From Paramoeba atlantica (Eukaryota > Protista > Discosea), in contig CDRNVI010000226.1 of NCBI GenBank assembly GCA_977017575.1, positions 1 to 19,098 of the forward strand: a stretch of DNA of 19,098 bases. Reading direction: 5' to 3'. Position 1 is the stretch's first letter; every line of letters begins with the position of its first letter. The position numbers and the translations under genes are program-made. This document shows, one piece after another, positions 15,852-19,098 of the stretch. The notes under the pieces were generated by a model. That model was not told the DNA's origin. It saw nothing but the letters and a program-made list of their open reading frames with translations, and did no database searches.

Positions 15852-17777
15852 TTATTTTTTTTCTTTTTTTTGTTCTAATTTTGGTTTTTTAAATCCATCT
15901 TCAAAAAAACTTTCTTCATCTCTTTTTCTTTTTTTCATTTCAATTTGTTTTTCTTCAATTTTACTTTCTTCTTGTTCAATTCTTTTTGCAGGTTTAATTG
16001 AACCATCAATATGAACATATTTCTATTGAAAAATTAAGTTTATCTTCTATTTCCTCTTTTTATTTTAAATCCTTAGCAAAAGAATAAATTTTCAAAAAAT
16101 TAAATTAAAAAATATTTGAAAAAAATAACTTGAAAAAATTGTCTTGTTTCAGCATGCCAAGTCTCAAAATCTGCTATTGTCTTTCCCTAAAATAAAAAGT
16201 TTAGATATAAAAAAATTTTGTTAAATTAAAAAATAAAAAGAACATCATGTGCTTTTGTACTTGGATCTAAATCATGTTCACACAATAGCTTCACAACTGC
16301 TAAATTATCATATGGTAAAGATGCTGCATGATGAAGAGCAGTTCTTCCAAGCTATTGTGTTGTTGTAAAAAGAAATATTTTAATAAATTCATTTGAAAAT
16401 TCTTTTGAAAAAGAGAGAAAAATAAAACTGAATCTATTGCAGAGATCTTGACACCTTTTTCTAACAAAAAGAGAACCATTTTTGAACTTCTATAAGTACC
16501 AGCAGCTGCCATTAAAGGTGTAACATCATTCTATTTTTATTGGTTATAAAAGAAAATAAAAAATAAAAAAAAAAATTAAAAAAAAAAATAATTGTTACCA
16601 ATGATTTTTCATTCACATCAGCACCATATTTCAATAGAAGTTCAGCACACTCCACAGTTGAATGGGAACAACAGGAACACAAAGAATTTCTTCCTTCTGA
16701 AAGAACTTCAGCTCCATTTTGTAAAAAAAAACTTATTATCTCAACATTCTTTCTTTCAATTGCATGCATTAGAGGTGACTTTCTCTACAAAGAAAAATTC
16801 ATTCTTTAGTAAATGAAAGAATTGTTCAAGAAAAAAAGAAAAAGAACATTATAATGGAACCCATTCACTGGACATTGTTTGGAAATCAAAAATTGGAGCA
16901 GATCAATTTGGTTTTGTTGAAAACAACAGTTGACAACATAACTCAAAAGAAAACTTGTAATTTTCTATTTTCATGCAAATCTTTTTTAAAAAAATGAAAA
17001 AGTCAAATAGAGAGGAGTTGATGAGAGATCCCCAAACCTTTTCTTTGAAATGGTCAATGAGAAATGAGACAACCTCCTGTTAATTTTTTTTTAAAGCAAT
17101 ACAAATAGTCTTGTCAAAACTCCCACATGAAGCTCCATTTTTTAAAAGACATGCAACAACCCCAACATGACCTTTTTCACAAGCCACTTGAAGGGGAGTC
17201 TTTTTTAAATAAATATTTAAATTGATGAGAAACAATTTTCACAAAAAAGAAAGGAAAAAAGAAGAAGAAGAAGAAAGAAACTTACTTTGTAACTCTTTTG
17301 AGAATCTTCATTGCAGGGAGAACCATGCTGAATAAATAAATCAACAATCTTAGAGTGTCCTTTTTTACTTGCAAGGTAAAGTGGGGAATGAAAATCCTGT
17401 GTGTGTGAGAAGAGAGTGCAAGAGGGTGAGATTCAAAATCTTTGCCAAAAAAAGTCAAAAAATTGTTGGAGACCCACCTGTATGATTTGGTTGGAATCAG
17501 CTCTGTTCTGTATGAGGAGGGAAGCAATCTCTAAATACTCATTCTCATCTTCATTACACACAGAATACAAAGGATTCCAGCCTCCCTACCACAAAAAATA
17601 AAGTCTCAGTTCATCACATGATAAAAAGTTCTTCAAGTCCCCCATTTTCAAATACAACACCAAAGAAAGAGAAGAAACTGGAATTTTTTTGTCAACTCGT
17701 GCTCCTTTTTCAAGTAGAAATTTCACAAGTTCAAAGTTTCCACTTTCACAAGCAGCAATGAGAGGAGTCAATCCATC
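15852..17777 (-). CDS. Multi-exon ankyrin-repeat protein gene, possibly a pseudogene; 5' end not identified
   Basis: Ten AG/GT-bounded exons, all multiples of 3: 17777-17679, 17585-17478, 17396-17286, 17199-17038, 16964-16869, 16784-16599, 16530-16429, 16351-16244, 16186-16130, 16022-15852. Motifs GLTPLIAACESG, HSPLYLASKKGH, TPLQVACEKGH, KSPLMHAIER, VTPLMAAA, GRTALHHAA; C-terminal KKRKR...KKPK. In-frame TAA at 17082-17080. Confidence 0.85.
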
Positions 17778-17834
17778 CTTTTTTTAGAGTGATTTTAGAG
17801 TGTGTTTTAAAAATCTTTATCTGAAATGTCTTTT

Positions 17835-18370
17835 TATTGTGTCTTTTCTTTGAAAGGTTTAAAAAAGAACAACAAATCATATTGTGGCACTTCAGAGACG
17901 CCCCTTCTTCCAACTGCACACAAGCAATGTGTGCTACTCTGAAGACACTTGGCTCTTTGCTCTATTTGTTTGATCCAACTCTTGATCTCCTCCAACTCAA
18001 TTCCCAATCTCCTTCAAGTTGACCCTTGGTCTCCTCCAAGTTGACCTTCTGTGAATCTAAATAAAGAACACCATTGATGATGTCATCAGGAAGTTTCTTG
18101 CTTTTTTGTGAGACTTCTGAGGACCACTCTTCAGTTGTTCATTCAACATATTTCTGACATGCCTTCTTTAGTCTGTACCAAAGTAGACGTGTTCATTGGC
18201 GATGTCGGTTTTGATTTTTGGAACTCATGCTCACTTTTGATACTGAGATTGAACATTTGTTCTTTGAATTGAAACAACAACAGTGCCTTGTTTTTGTGAA
18301 CAAACATTCTGGTGAGGTTTTTTCCTGGAGGCCAGGTTTCCTCACAACAACCGATCTTCTACTTTTGATT
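17835..18370 (-). pseudogene. Degenerate coding-like sequence, unidentified (possibly the lost 5' part of the ankyrin gene or a TE relic)
   Basis: Complex, less AT-rich sequence with protein-like stretches (KKLPDDIINGVLYLDSQKVNLEE; LEEIKSWIKQIEQRAK) broken by TGA stops and frameshifts. Confidence 0.3.
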
Positions 18371-18505
18371 GTTTATCTTCTTTTTGAGTTGGCTATTTTT
18401 CCACCAATTGGTTTTTTGAGCAAGCGACTTTTCTTTTTTTTTGAACTCTGAGCACTGGTTTTCCCATTGGGTTTTTCCACCGCTCTAAGCCTACCGAGCT
18501 GCACA

Positions 18506-19098
18506 ATGGATACGTATTTCCCGAATGAATCGATCATAAATAACCCCACACATAGGAACGTGCAGTGCCAATCCTTCAATGCACTTAATCCTGAGGGTTT
18601 CTGTCTCAAAGGAGACACATGCAAGTATGTGCATCTTAGTAAAAGACGATTCAGGAGAGAGAGGGGCAGACATCCGCGCCTGCAAGCTGCCGCTGGACTG
18701 GAGAAACCTACCCTAATCTGGAACCACAAGAGCAACCGCCTACTGAGAGGGAGGGGAATGCTCAACCTTTGGAAGAGCAAATCCCAGCAGTCTCTCCAGC
18801 GAGGGCAACTCAACCTTTCTTGGAAAACATTATGATCGGTGGACAACTCTACTCCCCAGTTGCTGCTCCCAATTCTAGCCAGCAAGCAGCGAGCCCCATG
18901 CCAAATCTCCCTTGAACTCCTCTTGCACACAATGCAGGCCACAACTTTGGCCAGTCATCAGTTACCTTGTCAAGAAGAGACACTCTGGTTCCAGTGCCTT
19001 TGGACCTCCTGCCAACAATGACCTACAAGGATCTCGAGAGATCAATCAAATTGTTGATGACTCCCATCAAGCAGTATCCAATGCTGCGTGAGAAGCTT
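18506..19098 (+). pseudogene. CCCH zinc-finger ORF with an apparent -1 frameshift and in-frame TGA; runs off the window
   Basis: ATG at 18506 gives MDTYF...CQSFNALNPEGFCLKGDTCKYVH (C-x11-C-x5-C-x3-H). The -1 frame is open from 18643 to the window end except TGA at 18913-18915, reading P/Q-rich then LDLLPTMTYKDLERSIKLLM. Confidence 0.6.

Noticed and set aside
8257-17082. Non-standard nuclear genetic code (TAR=Gln or TGA=Trp) explaining the in-frame stops
   Set aside because: All three stop types occur but only rarely; frames of 757 and 940 aa use CAA/CAG and TGG with no reassigned codons.
17055-17105. 26-nt mini-intron (GTATTG...TTAACAG) removing the ankyrin TAA
   Set aside because: It is much shorter than the other introns, and splicing it creates T+GA, a new stop.
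17880-18010. Rab-like small GTPase fragment (LEEIKSWIKQIEQRA)
   Set aside because: Only a short resemblance; no G1, G3 or G4 motifs were found.

Overview
Left end of an AT-rich, intron-rich eukaryotic chromosome. It opens with a perfect (CCCTAAA)n telomere (1-628, about 90 units; TTTAGGG on the minus strand). A low-complexity subtelomere follows, with two ~1.4-kb-period duplications, a 92-bp hairpin satellite and an inverted repeat (626-7000). The centrepiece is an apparently full-length ~6.95-kb non-LTR retrotransposon on the minus strand (7658-14610): ORF1, then APE endonuclease, L1/Tx1-like RT, CCHC finger, archaeal/plant-type RNase H and an unknown C-terminal domain. It has a poly(A) tail and AATAAA signal, and is flanked by a 13-bp target-site duplication (TATAAACCCTAAA) made largely of telomeric sequence. 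The insertion sits at a buried (TTTAGGG)4 tract that caps a truncated Ty1/copia gag remnant, which looks like a fossil chromosome-healing site. Further inward are a 10-exon ankyrin-repeat gene with all phase-0 introns and one in-frame TAA, and a disrupted CCCH zinc-finger ORF running off the window. The host species cannot be named from the sequence. Most short six-frame ORFs are low-complexity or antisense artefacts.
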